64,000 nt of DNA. It comes from Marsupella aquatica. Lineage: Eukaryota > Plantae > Marchantiophyta. A program made the position numbers and the translations under genes. The stretch lies in the NCBI GenBank assembly GCA_973895155.1, contig OZ316891.1, positions 26,101,899 to 26,165,898 of the forward strand, written 5' to 3'. Shown here in pieces: positions 12,706 through 26,480 of this stretch (within the stretch, counting starts at the first letter, position 1; every line of letters starts with the position of its first letter). The notes beneath the pieces were generated by a model. The model was not told the DNA's origin. It was given only the letters and a program-made list of their open reading frames with translations, and ran no database searches.

Positions 12706-14508
12706 CGCCACCTCACTGGTCCCCGTGTGCACCAAGAATTCAATTGAATTCCACGCTGCAGAGAATGGCAGGCTGGTACTTTCACCAATGAACTGATGAG
12801 AAGTACCCACGCAATCTCTCCTGGCTACTTTTTGAACCGTAATCTGCCCCTCCAGACCCACATTCTGAATTCCTGCACCTCCAGAGAAATTATTTCCGTT
12901 TTTACAGCCTCCACCGAGATCAAGGCAACGGCCACTCCTCAGTACATAACACTTGTTCTGGAGCACCCTCCTCTCATCATTCTACTCAGACAGCCATGCA
13001 CTTGACACACCACACACACCGAGAATAGATTTGGTGGAATTTTCCTGAAGAATGGCAATTCGTGCCCAGAGCAGTATCTTGGTTGGGATATTTCGGCCCA
13101 TCTGGGGCTCCTGATCCGAGAAACTCGCAACCGATTCTCACGCCCTCCACGCCACCCAACCGCCACTGGCAATCAATCAATCAATCACGCATACATCAAC
13201 CAACATCAACAACAACAATCCTCCAGCTTACTGCTATCACTGCAGTCTCTCTACTCTAGCTTTGACATCCCGGCGCTGGACATGTCCTCCCTTTCCTTCC
13301 CATTTCTTCCCTTCCGCCATTCACTCCTTTGCAGCAACGGCGCTGGACTCTTCCCTCAGCTCTGCTGATGACAGATGAAATGTGGCAGATGGAATGTCGC
13401 CAACAACTGAAATTGAGCTGGAGGAATTCAGTAGCTGACTAGCGAACACGCCTACACGCGATGCCCCCCGCCTCACGTTCTCTCGTTCTCGTTTTTCAGG
13501 GCTGTCCACGAAATCGCGACCGCCATCGAGGGATTTGGCGGGCCATTTGGCGGGCCAGAGGCGGCTGCCCTGTAAATCAATGCGGCCGCCATAACGGGAG
13601 TTGGCGGGCCCTTTGGTGAGGAGCCGACAGCTGGCCTGCAAACCTGGGGGACGATCAATGTACCGTCAGCCTTGGTTAGAGCATCTCCCCTGGTTTGGTG
13701 GCTGAAGCTACCCAAAAAAAAAGAAATCAAGTTGTGTTTGTGTGCACTAGCCTGATTACCCATTCTTTTAACCTACATAGAAATATGTAGAAAAATAAAT
13801 GCAAAAGAAAAAATCGTAACTATTCTATCTTTCTATTATATTTTCCCCATCCCCAATTTTTTTCACCCTCACTTTGTCCTTAATTAGAGTCCAATTTTAT
13901 GGAGTTACGGTCTAGCTAGAGGTTTCACTCTAGACCATAGCCCTTGAAAGGTAGCTTATGTTTGTGATTTATTAGTAAGACTAGGGTGTGTCAAGGCAGG
14001 ATAGTAAGTGAGGTATAGCCAAGGACATAACATGGTTTTATGGTTGGGACAAAACCTTAATTGTGGGCTACTTTTATAAGTGCCCTGTAAAGATAGGATG
14101 TCCAAAAAGTCACAACCATAAAATTTTGTTTATGGCATTGCTTTTGACACGCCCAATTGAGTGGTGTGGTGGCCCATGCTTCCAGAACAATAAAAATTAA
14201 GGTGTGTTTGCAGGCACTGAGTGATATTTTGTTATAAGTGCAATAATGCTTTGCTACACTTACAAGCACAAAAGACTTTGCACTTTGTAGTGCACAGATG
14301 GGTGGTAATTTTAAGCATTCATATTGTGAGCCAAAGAGCCAAACAAATCAATGGGCTTGGAGCGTATGCATGAAAAGATAAAGTTGTATACTTGAAAAAA
14401 AAAACTATTTCTATATGTAGTGGATAACAAATGAAAGTGCAATAACCAAAACCTTCAGTAAATATGTTTATTGATAACACAATTCTGCATATCTTGGGCC
14501 AGCTGCCT

Positions 14509-14690
14509 TCCACAAAATTTGAAATTTATTTTATCCTTGTCACATTTAGCTCTACCTAAGAAAAGATATGCCTGCGGCCTTCCACATAATTTAAAATTTA
14601 TTTATCCTTGTCACATTTTGCTCTACCTAAGAAACTCCACATAATTTAAAATTTATTTATCCTTATCACATTTTGCTCTACCTAAGAAAC
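14509..14690. repeat. Three degenerate tandem copies of a ~55-70-bp AT-rich unit
   Basis: ccacataatttaaaatttatttatccttgtcacattttgctctacctaagaaa repeated three times. Confidence 0.8.
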
Positions 14691-15920
14691 CCCCAAGGAC
14701 TGTGCGTGAATTGTGTGGGAGTAAGTGTTATTTTGATGTTGTTCTCAAAAAAAGAAAGCACACAAACCCAAAAAATAAATTTACGGTGAGTGAACATTTT
14801 GACACTTCACCCTAAAATCTAAACCATTTGAGCCAACATGAAAGTTTTGACCCTCTGCTCACTTCAAGTGCACATAGTCAAATGGCAACACAATATTCTT
14901 GAATTTTATCCCACTCAATCTGCCAAAAAGAAATTAGATCACTTACACATCACTACAACACAAAATGCAACATGCTACACGTACCAGGATGAATGTTCTA
15001 CATCATGGACTCACGCATTTGTAGTTTGGAATGGGTCATTGTGCAGTTCAGATGAGGACACAAAACATTGTCCCACACAAAACTTTGACATAGGAAATGT
15101 TGGCCTAGGAGGGAAGGAGGTAGAAAAAGGCAATATAATTTGCAGCAGGCCCAGAAGATATTGGTCCAAGGAGGACCAATACACACAATTGGGGGCTGGG
15201 GCCACAATCTGGGAGCAAACACAGCTGACATATAACCAATATGCAGTCAGGAAAGTGTTTGAAATTGCAACTTGCATTAATGAGATAGAAGAGTCAGAAA
15301 CACCTTCAATGAAGTTGACCTAGAGCCGCTGGTTTAGATGATTAGATGAAATCAAGCCAGTATCATAAGAGTTGCAACAAAGGAGTTTGAGCACCAGGAT
15401 ACAACTAGACAGCATGTCCCATCTTGGGCAGTAAAAATTATGAACACCTACAAATGGAGTTTTCATTTGACTGGATACACAATGCAAGGATAAGTGGACA
15501 AGCCTTTCCTTGGTTGTGCAAATGAACAATTCATACATCAAAAATGGTTTCTGGAATATAATACTTCCATCAATTCCACGACTGACAAACAGAGGGGTCA
15601 CTAGGATATAAAACGGACTTCTAATACCAACACAAGTACAAATCCTTATGTTGGTATTACTAACGATTTTCTTCAATCATTGGCACCTGAACTAACATGG
15701 TGACTGTGATGGCATTCTGTGTCCAATAATTCTCTACCAACGTCAGAAGCTCTCCTTATTTGTTCCCTTCCACTAACCAGGATTTATGTGCGGGGGACTT
15801 CGAGCAGTTGCTTTAGTGGCTAATGAATTTCCACCATATCCCCTTCATCTGCAGTGTAGTGAACCGATCCCCTAACTAAACTACATCCAGGCAAGAGTGG
15901 AAGATCCTGTGGCAATTTGC

Positions 15921-18827
15921 TTAAGGACCCAAGAGTCCATCAATTGTGTATGACAGTGATTTGGCCCATTCAGATTGGAATAAAAGTGATTGCATGGAGT
16001 CCATGATGTTGAGCTCCGGGTCCAACTTTCGCTGCCAACCCTGCCAATTGTTCGGAAGTCATCTGTTAGAGACATGGACCACTGAAGCCCTGGCAAACTA
16101 CTTTGACCAACAACTTCAACCCACAAAAAAACTAACCAACAAAATTATGAAGACAGCATAGAGAGAGAAATATCCACTGCACAGTAGACTCACCTCAAGG
16201 ACAAGCGTTGTAACCATCACTGTGCAAATATCACCATCAATATTGACTTTGTGCTGTCGTACTTGCTCCAGAAGCTCTTGAATGCAGTCCCCAGCATGAA
16301 CACGGTCCCCTTCCTCAGTTGACCAATACGCAAAAGATTTTTCAACACCCTGCGTTCAAAGACTCATTTGTCAGCCGCAGAATCCACATCCTTCTACTTT
16401 GGGTGACCGGAACAGATTCTTTGCAGAAACTATAACAAATTCACACTTTTGTTGTGTAAGAATCAGTGACATGATCCCGAGAGTATTTGTGCAATGCATT
16501 ACTCTCTTACCCTGAAGTTATTTTTCACAAGGCTCTTGATCGTCCATCTAGTTACGAGGACTAGGGTATTATGGGATCAAATTTGTGGACAACAATTCAA
16601 CAATAATTCTCCGACGGTCAAAACGAGCGGATTACAAAACCAATTTTCCATTTAGCATGTTGCATAAGTTTCCATAAAAGCACCTTGCTAATATAGTGTC
16701 ACTCAGAGAATAACTTACGGCCATGAAAGCTTCTGGATCTGGACAATTCTGGGCCCGGGAAAACTGAAGTGTGTATTCTGCCACTTTTCTCCCATCCTTA
16801 ACAGCAACTGCCGTGAAGAAATCAAGAAAGTTCTGACGGTCCTTCGGAGAGAGCTCTACCGTCATACCCACATCCAATAGTACGACATGTGGCCGTGATT
16901 TGAACAATCCTTGTCGAGGGGACTCATTCGCCCGGACTAATATATTCCCTGGATGCATATCTGCGTGTATGAAATTGTCCACCTGTAGATATGCAGATAC
17001 AAGAAAAAATATTGAAGATCATTTCCAGAAAGGCAAATGACTTTTGTTCCATAACATTGCAGAAGACCATGCACACCTAAACATTTGACATGAGAGGCAA
17101 GTGTTATCACCGTTCACCAACATCGATGAAGTACAATTCATTTTAGGCCCACAAATCCGGCTACTACCCATATTCTTTGATCTCGTTGATCAAATGCCAG
17201 ATTCTCAACGTCTGGCTGCGTGACGTGAGAATTTTAATCTAAATAGATTCATCAATCGCCCCTTGCGGAATTTTCTTGAGAAGTAAAACACTACAATTCC
17301 CCTCCAACCTAAGAGCTGATCAACCAAGCTAATAGAAATTAAATTCATCACTGGATGGCCATTATCACAACATGCCTGAACAACAAAGTCAACAAGTGAT
17401 ACAAAGGCGTTACCAGGAGCATCTTCAATAGAGTATTTGTTCCAATGAGAGCCAGGCTCTTGTTCAGTGGCGTCGGTTCTGGCTTATTCACATAATGTGC
17501 AACACTTTGTCCCTCCTCAAACGTTTCCACCAGCACTTCCGGGTGCACCAAAGGATAAAGCGGCTTAGGGAATGACACATCTTTCCACTTCCTAAAATTG
17601 TGGATGAAACGACTCAAATGAGCAGCTTCCCTGGCAAGATCCACCTGTGTCAACATAAAGACAGCAAACTGCTGCACACTCTCATCAAGCCGCAACCAAC
17701 TCAATCCCGGGATGTGTGTAGAAATCTTTGCCATCAGGTTTATAATGATAAAGTCCCGTCGGATCACTTCTGTGACCCCAGGATGCCTAACTTTGACGGC
17801 CACAACAACTGGTTCTAACGTCTTTCCTGGATGCCGATACCTTAGCACCGCCTTGTGCACCTGACCAATGCTGCCTGAAGCCACAGGCTTTTCCTCAAAG
17901 TCCTCAAAAATCTCGTCAAGCTTCCTTCCGAAAGCACCTTCTATTGTGTTCCTAGTCTGCGCAAAATTATGGGCAGGTGCAGAGGCATGAAGTTTCGAGA
18001 GGTGTTGGCAAAGATCCCGGGGGAAAAGATCTGGTCTGGTGGCGGCCCACTGTCCCCACTTGATGAATGCAGCACCAGCCAACTCTAAAGTGTGATGAAC
18101 CAACTCCAACCAAGTCTCACGGAATCGTCCTCCAAATGCATCAACGAAAGGTGCAGTTATTATAGCTGGTGCGAAGAGGACTGTCAGATAAGCAGCTCGA
18201 AGAATCAGCAACAATCCTTCAATCAAAGAAAGAAGCAAGGATATTACAAACACCGAAAAGGTGATTCCGTTCTTGTATTGTCCATCGAATACAGGTATAG
18301 GTAAACTTTCTCGAGCACTTTGATGCACCCAGGTTGCATTTCCCAACACCACGGCCAAAGTTTGGGGGACCACTTGATATTTCACGCAAGTTAGGCTGGT
18401 TGCTTTCAGGACTCTTCCTAAATGAGGAAATGTAACCTTTTGCCCTGTGGGAAGATAACCCCGCTCTGCCAATAATTTCCATGCTATCTGTCCCTGCGAC
18501 CTTACATCTTCTCTCACAGCTGCAAATGATTCTCCAGCAACTCTTACAGTTTGCTGAATCTCCGCCAAAGCTTGTCTTCCCACCTGTGATAACCCAAGTA
18601 AAGCACTCTCTGCATGATAGTTACTGCCAAGGTTTTCCACACTCTTAATAACATTGCCGAGCTCACTTCTGCCACCAGTGCCTTGATAAAATATATTTCT
18701 TCTAAAGCCCTTCAGTGAATTTCTCACAAAGCCATCTCTGCTTGAGGCATTACCGTAGTTGTTGCTGAAGCCCTGACAAGGTCCTGTGCCTCGTATATTA
18801 CGGATCTTACCGACTGCCCTATAATGC
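15921..18827 (-). CDS. ABC1K10: ABC1/UbiB atypical protein kinase (ABC1K10 / ADCK2-like, probably mitochondrial); first coding exon unresolved
   Basis: Minus-strand exons 17414-18827, 16719-16982, 16194-16349, 15921-16040 join in frame. Motifs FIKWGQWAATRPDLFP, PVASGSIGQVH, VAVKVRHPGV, VDNFIHADMHPGNI, LLDVGM, VLEGWQRKLDP...WAKSLSYTIDGLLGP*. The long exon has no early ATG and begins after a ttttgtag acceptor, so a short upstream exon must supply the start. Confidence 0.9.
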
Positions 18828-21428
18828 CTACAAAAAGAGACGCAGGAATTTAGGTCTACCTCTTATTTTGGTGCTGGTATTTAGTACCAAAAGGTAGGTC
18901 TAAAACTCATGGCACTTTTGTGTATCACATACTGCGATGAAGACCGAAGAGGCAACAAAAGGTTAACTCACCTGGAGTCTTGATGAACCTAGGTAACCAA
19001 CATCACATACATAATCTAGTCCGTCAAAATTAAGAACAGCAAACCTAAAGCCAGAATGAGCAAGGAGTCTGCACTTCCATACTACAATTAGATGGACCTT
19101 GCATCACAACCATGCATGTAAACCCAAGAGCGAATATTGCAGCGGAGTTCCACGTACCTATATTTGAGATGAGTCAATTCTTGAGAAAACCTTCGCCTGC
19201 ATGAGTTCAACACTGTAGGGATCGTCATGATTGCCTCGCGAATCTTCAAAAGTTGTCTCCCTACGATCCATCCTGTAAATTGTGAATATCTGCGCTTCTT
19301 TTCATGCGTGCAAGAACGTTTTCAGGCAGAGAACAATTTCCCCATTACGATACTATCTGTCTCTCTCCTCTCCTACTGCCAGCTCTCTCGCCTGCGTGTA
19401 CTGTTGTCCCTCGTCCCTTGCGGGAGTCCCGCGCCCTGCAATTTAACTCCTTCACCGGTATCACTCTTCCTCAGAGAACCTTTGCCACAAGTCATCTGTA
19501 GAACCACCTAAACCTTTGTCAATGCGAGGCTTATCATGAGGTGCATACGGACAGAATTCATGCTCCCTCACAGAATTTCTGCACACCAACGCAAGCCAAG
19601 AACACGAGTAGCCCCAATGTGATGGAAGACTTTGTTTACCCAATCAGCTCAAACCAACCAAATCCAATTGATACTTAAAAAGCCCAACCATGGCGCTAGT
19701 AAGTTCTGCTAGGCAGCGAGATCTGCGAGAAAATTTCCCGGTCCGCACAACCAAGCAACTCAGGTCGTATCCAACGGGCGTAGTGCTGGTTCTCTTTCTC
19801 AGCTGCCCTGCTGCAGGCACAACAAGACTCCCGTAGTAACGAGCCCTGCCTGTTTTGGATTTTTCCAACAGAATGGAACGACCTCACTCTCAGGTTTATA
19901 GGTCCATTCACTGTGACTGCTTTATATTTTGCAGTTTTGTCAATAGGACAAATTATTTATTTTTGTCTTTCATTCTCCCTTTACTGTCCCTAAAGGACTC
20001 GTTCTGTTTGTACGTTGAGAATGTCGGGCCCTTTTGGACCCCCCCGGAAAAGCTCCCCGCCAACTTGAGGGCTGGCCTGAAGTTCTCCTTTCGTCATCAG
20101 CAGACCCAAGTCCTCAGTATTTGACTCGACCTTCAATTCCACCATGATTTCATTTGCATGCTTAATCGAAGAGAAGGAAGGCAAGCGGAGAGAGAAAAGG
20201 AGACAGAAAGATGAAGAACGGGCGGAAAATGTAAGAGAAGAATTGTATTTCCTGCTAGAGTCGTGGATCAAAGGGATCAGAGAAGACTCAAAGCTTTGCA
20301 AATTAGCCCACAGAGCAGACCACAAAACAGATAGCCAAATTAAGACTACGGGAAATTGCAAGCCCTATCGAACGGGGAACAAGCAATGCAGATAATTTCG
20401 TCACCACTACGCTACTAGGCAGGCAATTGCTCCCTTTTGTTCTTTGACGAGAGATCGGCTCGCATGGATTCAACCCACCTGTTGAATTCCGAAGGGGGCT
20501 GGAAGCGAGCTGGGAAAAAAATCAATTCCGCGCCATCATGCCAGATTCAAGTCATTGCAGCCATCGGAATTCTGCATACCGAGGACGAGAAGATTTCCCT
20601 GGAGGAGAGAGCTGCGGAGACAAAATTGCTCACGCCTTGGAGGAAATCGGGATACAGTATTAAATAATTTACTCTCAACGGCTGGAGTCTTTGGTAAACT
20701 TCTACTTGCAATGCTACTCTGCTGGATGAAACCTGGCTCTTCTCTAGACGAAAACAACACAACCCCAAGTCCACCTTCTCTCAGCCAAAGGACTCCGAGC
20801 CACCACGTCCTTTCACTCTCCCAGTTGGGACCTCAAGCCGCTTCTTCACTCTCCACTCTGTCCAAATATTGTACAAAGCCCTAAGCTTCCTTGGCCTTCA
20901 CTCACCGAGGAACTGTTGCTTTCTTTCTTTCTTCACTTTTTTTCTTAAGCAAAAGAATGCAGGTGTGGGGGAGATGAGAGGGAGGTGGGAAGATGGTGCA
21001 GTGCATCGGTGTAGAGCTCAGAACCACTTCATTCACGAAGTGGACTGTACTTCTTTGCTCAGCTTTGTTCTGGAAGCTTTGGCGAGGGCTGCAGTGGAGG
21101 GGAAGAAGGTTCGTGAGAAAGGCGAGAGGCAGGGCAGAGAGGCCGATTTGGGTCTTGACTTGGCAGAATTGGCCTTGTAGCGCAAGGCACACTGTGCTTA
21201 CCTTAGTGGGCAAGGAGAGAGTGTGCCCGGTTGGGTCGTGCAAGAATTGGCCTTCCAAAGCAAGGTATTGAGGAGGAGCAGGTGACTAGGCGTGTCTACC
21301 TCAATTCCTTAGGTAGGTTTGGTTTTGTATTCTTCAGTGCATGTATCTATCTGCAGTCCCTACTTAATCACTATGTGGACCTCTTAGTTTTGGCTTTGTA
21401 TGGCATATATGTACCTTTATATTCACCA

Positions 21429-23863
21429 CTAGCCTGATGCCCGTGCGTTGCACAAAAGTTGTCAAGGTGAGAAAAAAAGATGTCGAGAAGAGAAAAAGAT
21501 ATCGAGAAGAGAAAAGATATCAAGGTGAGCAAAAAATGTGATGGCGAGTAAAAGATGTTGAGGAGAGAAAAGAGGTCAAGGGGAGCAAAAGATGTCAAGG
21601 AGAGAAAAGATGTCGAGGAGAGAAAAGATGTCCAAGAGAGAAAATATGTCGAGAAGAGAAAATATGTCCAAGAGAGAAAAGATGTAGAGGATAGAAAAGA
21701 TGTCAAGATGAAAAAATAATGTCAAGGTGGAAAATAGATGAGAGAGAAAATGATGTTGAGGTGAGGAAAAAATGCAGGAAAAAATGGCAAGGAGAGAAAA
21801 AGCTGTCAAGGAGAGAAAATTTGTCGAGAAGAGAAAATTTGTTGAGGTGAGAAAATTATATTGAGGTGAGGAGAAAATATGGGGGGGAGAATAAAATATC
21901 AAGGAGAGAGAAGGAAGAAAAGATGACGTGGTGGGACAAAGATCAAAATGAGAAAAAGATCCCAATGCCCATGCATTGCACAGAAGATGTTGAGGTGAAA
22001 AACAATGTCAAGGTGAGAAGTATATATCAATCAGATAAAAGATGTTCAGGAGAGAAAAAGATGTTGGGATGAGAAAGAATGTCAAGGTGAGAAAAAGATG
22101 TTAAGGTGAGAAAAGGGCACTCGGGGGTTTCACTTCCACAAAAATGACATATCACGTGCGACGAAGTATAGGGTCATTTTATTGGTTTGAAGGGAAGACT
22201 TAAGAATTTTTTGAGAAGAACAATAGGGTCTTTTAAATCCAAGTTTGAGACTTATAATAACATTAGGGTCCTTATAACCAAAATTTTGGAATATTCCAAA
22301 AATATTCCAACTTTATAGGGATTAAAAATAATAATTTTTTCTTACATTTTAGGGGTCCGAGGCCTAAAAACGTCGCAGGTGATGGGGAGGCATCCATATA
22401 GTGAGACCCCCGAGAAAGGGCATTGATGAGAGCAAAAGATGTTGAGGAGAGAGAATGATGCAGAGGTGAGAAAAGATGTGACCAAGGTGAGAAAAAGGTG
22501 TCGACAAGAGCAAAAGATGTTGAGAAAAGAAAACAAATGATGTCAAGGTGATAAAATATGTCAAAGTGAGAAAAAACAGAAAGTAAGCAATGCATGAAGT
22601 AAGTCATTGAGAGAAATGTTGTTGAGAAAAAACATTGTCAAGGTGAAAATGTTTCAAAATGGACGTGTTGTTGAAGAAAAAGTATTGAATGTGGGTGTGG
22701 AAAGATTCAAGGAAAGATTGCAATTTAATAGTAGCTAGATTTATTAGTATTGCCAAGAAAATAGTTGCTGAATCAGTGAAAATCTTTGTTGAGTAGAAGT
22801 GGTGTTGCATGGAAGTTATTGTGACTCAAGTGGTGCATTTGCATCCATGTTGTCGATATGGAAAACAACAAAGTTGACAACAGGTGTTAATGAAAACATA
22901 TCAGTGGGGTAAGGATTTAGGGATCAACACATTCAAAATAATCTCTTTGGGGCATAAAGTTCTCTCTCAACCTCCAGTCACAAAAGCCCCATGTTGTGCG
23001 CATACACATCATACATCACTTGTCACATACATCCACAACTAAGCACAATACATCACACACACATAAGAGAATGAAGGACAAGTGGAATGCATGTCCACAC
23101 ATGTCCAAAACCCACAATAATCTCAATCCGAACGAACCATGATCGACGCCAACAATACGCACTCAATCCCGTCTGATCCGATCACATACATATGTCAAGC
23201 CAACGCACCCTTGCACCCAAGGAATCCACGCTACATAGAAGGAGCTTCGACCACCATAGCCACTACACGAGCTCCTCTCTCGAAGGCTCAACATCGAAAG
23301 ATAACCTTTCGGTGCCTCACAAGAGAGAACTACTCTCCCACACCAAACCTAACAGAACCTTATCGGCTCATATAGCACACATACTAAACATACGGATCTA
23401 GAGAGTACAATATACCACAATACTACCTAGAATGGTGTGACACCAGAGATAATTGTAGACACCGAGTATCCATCAAGGATGGCACTTCTTGGAGAGAACA
23501 GGCCTCAATGGGCGTGGCTTGCCAGAAGCCAGACACAGAGTCAGGCGCCCACGGAAGGTAAATTTGTTCTGTCCTCACCTAGGTCAGCGAGGTGAGAGTA
23601 CAATGTGTGGTACTTTGTGCAGGTAAAGGGAGTCGGAGGGCAAGAGAGTCCAAAGCAGCGTTTGTCTCGGCATTTGTTTTAGTGGCAAAAGTTTACTAAA
23701 TTCCACCTTCCCAATAAGCTTTCACCCCTTTTGGCAAACATTCACTCATATTTTCCTGTCTCATTAGCGAATGTTCCACCTAATCACAGGCCCCATTAGC
23801 CAGAATTTAAAGGTCATCCTTCAATCTGACTAGGGAGATCTGACAATCAGGAAATATATAATA
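21429..23863 (-). mobile_element. Non-autonomous Helitron-like element with internal AAAGATGT minisatellite
   Basis: Minus strand ends gtgcaacgcacgggcatcagg-CTAG|T, a typical plant Helitron 3' end. It is inserted within a ~62-bp tandem array present on both flanks. The right boundary is approximate. Confidence 0.65.
21455..22650. repeat. Purine-rich ~18-20-bp degenerate minisatellite (gagaaaagatgtcaag)
   Basis: Dozens of gagaaaagatgtc(a/g)ag units, interrupted at ~22115-22430. Confidence 0.85.
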
Positions 23864-24074
23864 TATAATGACTATGTGAAACCTAGCTACTAGTTTTGGC
23901 TGCGTAGTTTTGAGTGAATATATTTACCTATATAATCACTATGTAAACCTCCTAGTTTTGGCTTTGTATTTTTGAGTGCATATATCTACTTATATAATCA
24001 CTATGTGAACTTGCTAGTTTTGGCTTTGTATTTTTGAGTGCATATATTTACCTGTATAATCACTATGTGAACCT
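23864..24074. repeat. ~62-bp tandem repeat (about 3.3 copies; further degenerate copies at ~21320-21427)
   Basis: Units tataatcactatgtgaacctcctagttttggctttgtatttttgagtgcatatatttacc start at 23864, 23931, 23993, 24055. Confidence 0.85.
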
Positions 24075-25989
24075 ACAGTTTAGAGCCTACCATATAGAGT
24101 GAGACTCCTAGAGCCTACAATCTAGACGGTGACTATGGGGGCATAAGCAAAGTTTTGGGGGGAAATGGGGAGTTGGGGCAAGATGAGTTTTTGAAAATGG
24201 CACAGAGGAGTCACTATGAACCAACCGGAAAGTGCATTTGTGCATGGGCAACTGGCTTAAATGTCTTCACCTCCATGTATGTGTCAAAGAAGAGTCAGTC
24301 ATGCTAGTTTTCTGCAGTACACACCTAGCTTTGAGGAGTGAATTATACTTCTCGATATTGGCATAAGTAGCTCAAGTAAAAATTGTTACCTTTATGGAAT
24401 ACAATACACAATTTTGCAAGGAAATCTTTCCATGGCCTAAACTCCTGGCATTCTAACTTTTTTAATTTCTTCACACACTATTCCATGACCTAAACAACAG
24501 CAAATTTACTCTTTTTTGTTTCTTTCCAAAAATCACTTGAGCTCATAAGTAATGTAGCATTCTGCTTAAGGGAATTGTGGGCCAAGGACCCTCAAACTTG
24601 GGCTGCAGCCCTCATTTTGGGGACATCATATCCCACAATACCCTCTATTCCGTTTTCTTTTGGGAGGGGGGGGGGGCATATCTATCACCCATGGCATTTT
24701 TGGGTAAGAAAACCCCTAAAAGATAAGAAAACCAGTTCTTTAGAATTATTCTTCTAACCCTATCTTTTTGGATTATTCCAAAGTTGGTCTTAAAAACCTA
24801 TATTTTCTTATTAAGCCTAAAATTGGATTTTAAAGCCCAAAAGTTCTTTCAACAAAAATTATAAGTCTCAACGAATTAAACTCAATGAGAAAGCACAAGA
24901 TGGGTTGGACTAAAAAAGGGCTCTCTTCAGGATGTTATCCTATTGGAAAGTATTTTGAGCAACTCTAGAGGCAAGATTAGGCTAGTCTAACTTCATAATT
25001 ATTATAGCCATTAGCATGAATACACATGAGTATGCACATGGAGGGCTCATGTCCCGTCTCCTGTACCCAGACTACCCATGCCATCCCTATTCCAAACATA
25101 TTCTAAGTTAAAAAAATTAATGACAGTGAGCACATAATTACCCCAAGAATTATAGCATATGGAGTCTGTTTACGGACCCCACGGGAAGTTCTTTCCCATG
25201 TTCCTAGATGCATGTGCAGCCACACAACATGATTTGTCACAAACAAGAACCCTTAGTTATGTAAGAAGAACCAAATTTGACCATTTGTGTTTGGAACCTT
25301 GTAGCTGTAAAAACAATGGAAGACTGAAAAATAGCATTTTAAGTAAACAAAGAAAACTTGGGTAAAATATGGGTAAAATAAACTAATCCGTGGACCTCCA
25401 TGTTCATCCAAGGAATGTGTGTGTGATGAAGTGAAATCAATTTTCAGCAAGGCGGTAACCAATGGCTTTGAGTCTCCCAGTGGTCTAGCTTGGTTGAGAT
25501 GATCTCTTTGGTTTATCAAACGGAAGGTTGAATGTGGAGGAATTAAGTTTTTTTATGGTTTTCGCTTACACATTGGACAAATCTTGTTTCTACCATTCTT
25601 GATTGATTGTTTGTGAGTTACGTTGAGCATTACCGCCACAAGAAAGACTGGAGGACAACTTTCAACTGTTGGCAAAAGAGTGCTTGTCGTTTTGGTGGGA
25701 AGAACACACAAAATGGACAAGTCATCACTTCACATGAAGGTTTTGTAGTTTTTTAATTTAATAAAGCTATGGTGTGAGGGGGAGACCAACGATTGTTTCT
25801 TCAACATAGAGGCTGCATTTGGTGTCAACCTGTGTTCAAGTGAGCTTCAATTGAAGACTGGAGGGATGCGAACAATTCAAGCTAGGAAGCAGGCGTTGCG
25901 GACAAGCAATGGTGACGTGTTAATCAAGGAAATCAATTTGCAGTGACTAAGTTTGTGACGGTAACAAGATTGTGACATCTCTTAATCAA

Positions 25990-26480
25990 GAAAGGGTTTC
26001 CAATGAGCTTCACATTGACAAATTTTGTCAACTTCCAAATAAGTTTTTGAATTTCTTTGCCTTTCCAATGAGTGTGACAATAAGAAATTTTGATCATGAT
26101 TTCATGAATTCTTTTAGCTTTCCAACATTGAGTCCGACATTGACAAATTTCATGTCAGATTTTGTCACGGTAGTGAAGAGATCATGAGATTTTCTATCTC
26201 TCTAGCTTTCTAATGTGTGACATTAGAAGTATTAGTCAAGAATTAGAGAGATCATGAGTATCCAAATTTCTCTAGCTTTCCAATGAACCTAACATTGATA
26301 GATTTTGTCAAATACTAAGGAGATGATGAGTTTCTAATTTTACTCTAGCTTTCCAATGAGTGTGACATTGAGAGATGTCATCAAGAGAGTACTAAAGAGG
26401 TCATGAGTTTCTAAATCTTGATCTAAGTGAGCTTTCCAATGAATCAAACATCGACAAATTTCATCAAGTACTAAGGAGAT
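25990..26480. repeat. Degenerate tandem repeat (~60-85-bp period)
   Basis: Recurrent ctagctttccaatgagtgtgacatt ... agagatcatgag motifs, about 6-7 copies. Confidence 0.7.

Noticed and set aside
12706-12966. N-terminal extension of the D27 ORF in the ORF track
   Set aside because: Begins at a non-ATG codon; ATG 12705 gives a normal-length D27 with a transit-peptide-like leader.
14838-15676. 161-aa and 118-aa ORFs between D27 and ABC1K
   Set aside because: No recognisable motif or splice structure; probably decayed repeat or 3' flank.
21371-22607. Ser/Phe/Leu-rich ORFs on the minus strand
   Set aside because: Translations of the AAAGATGT minisatellite.
22885-23442. Possible solo LTR (TG...gtgtgaca)
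   Set aside because: No matching TSD or second copy.
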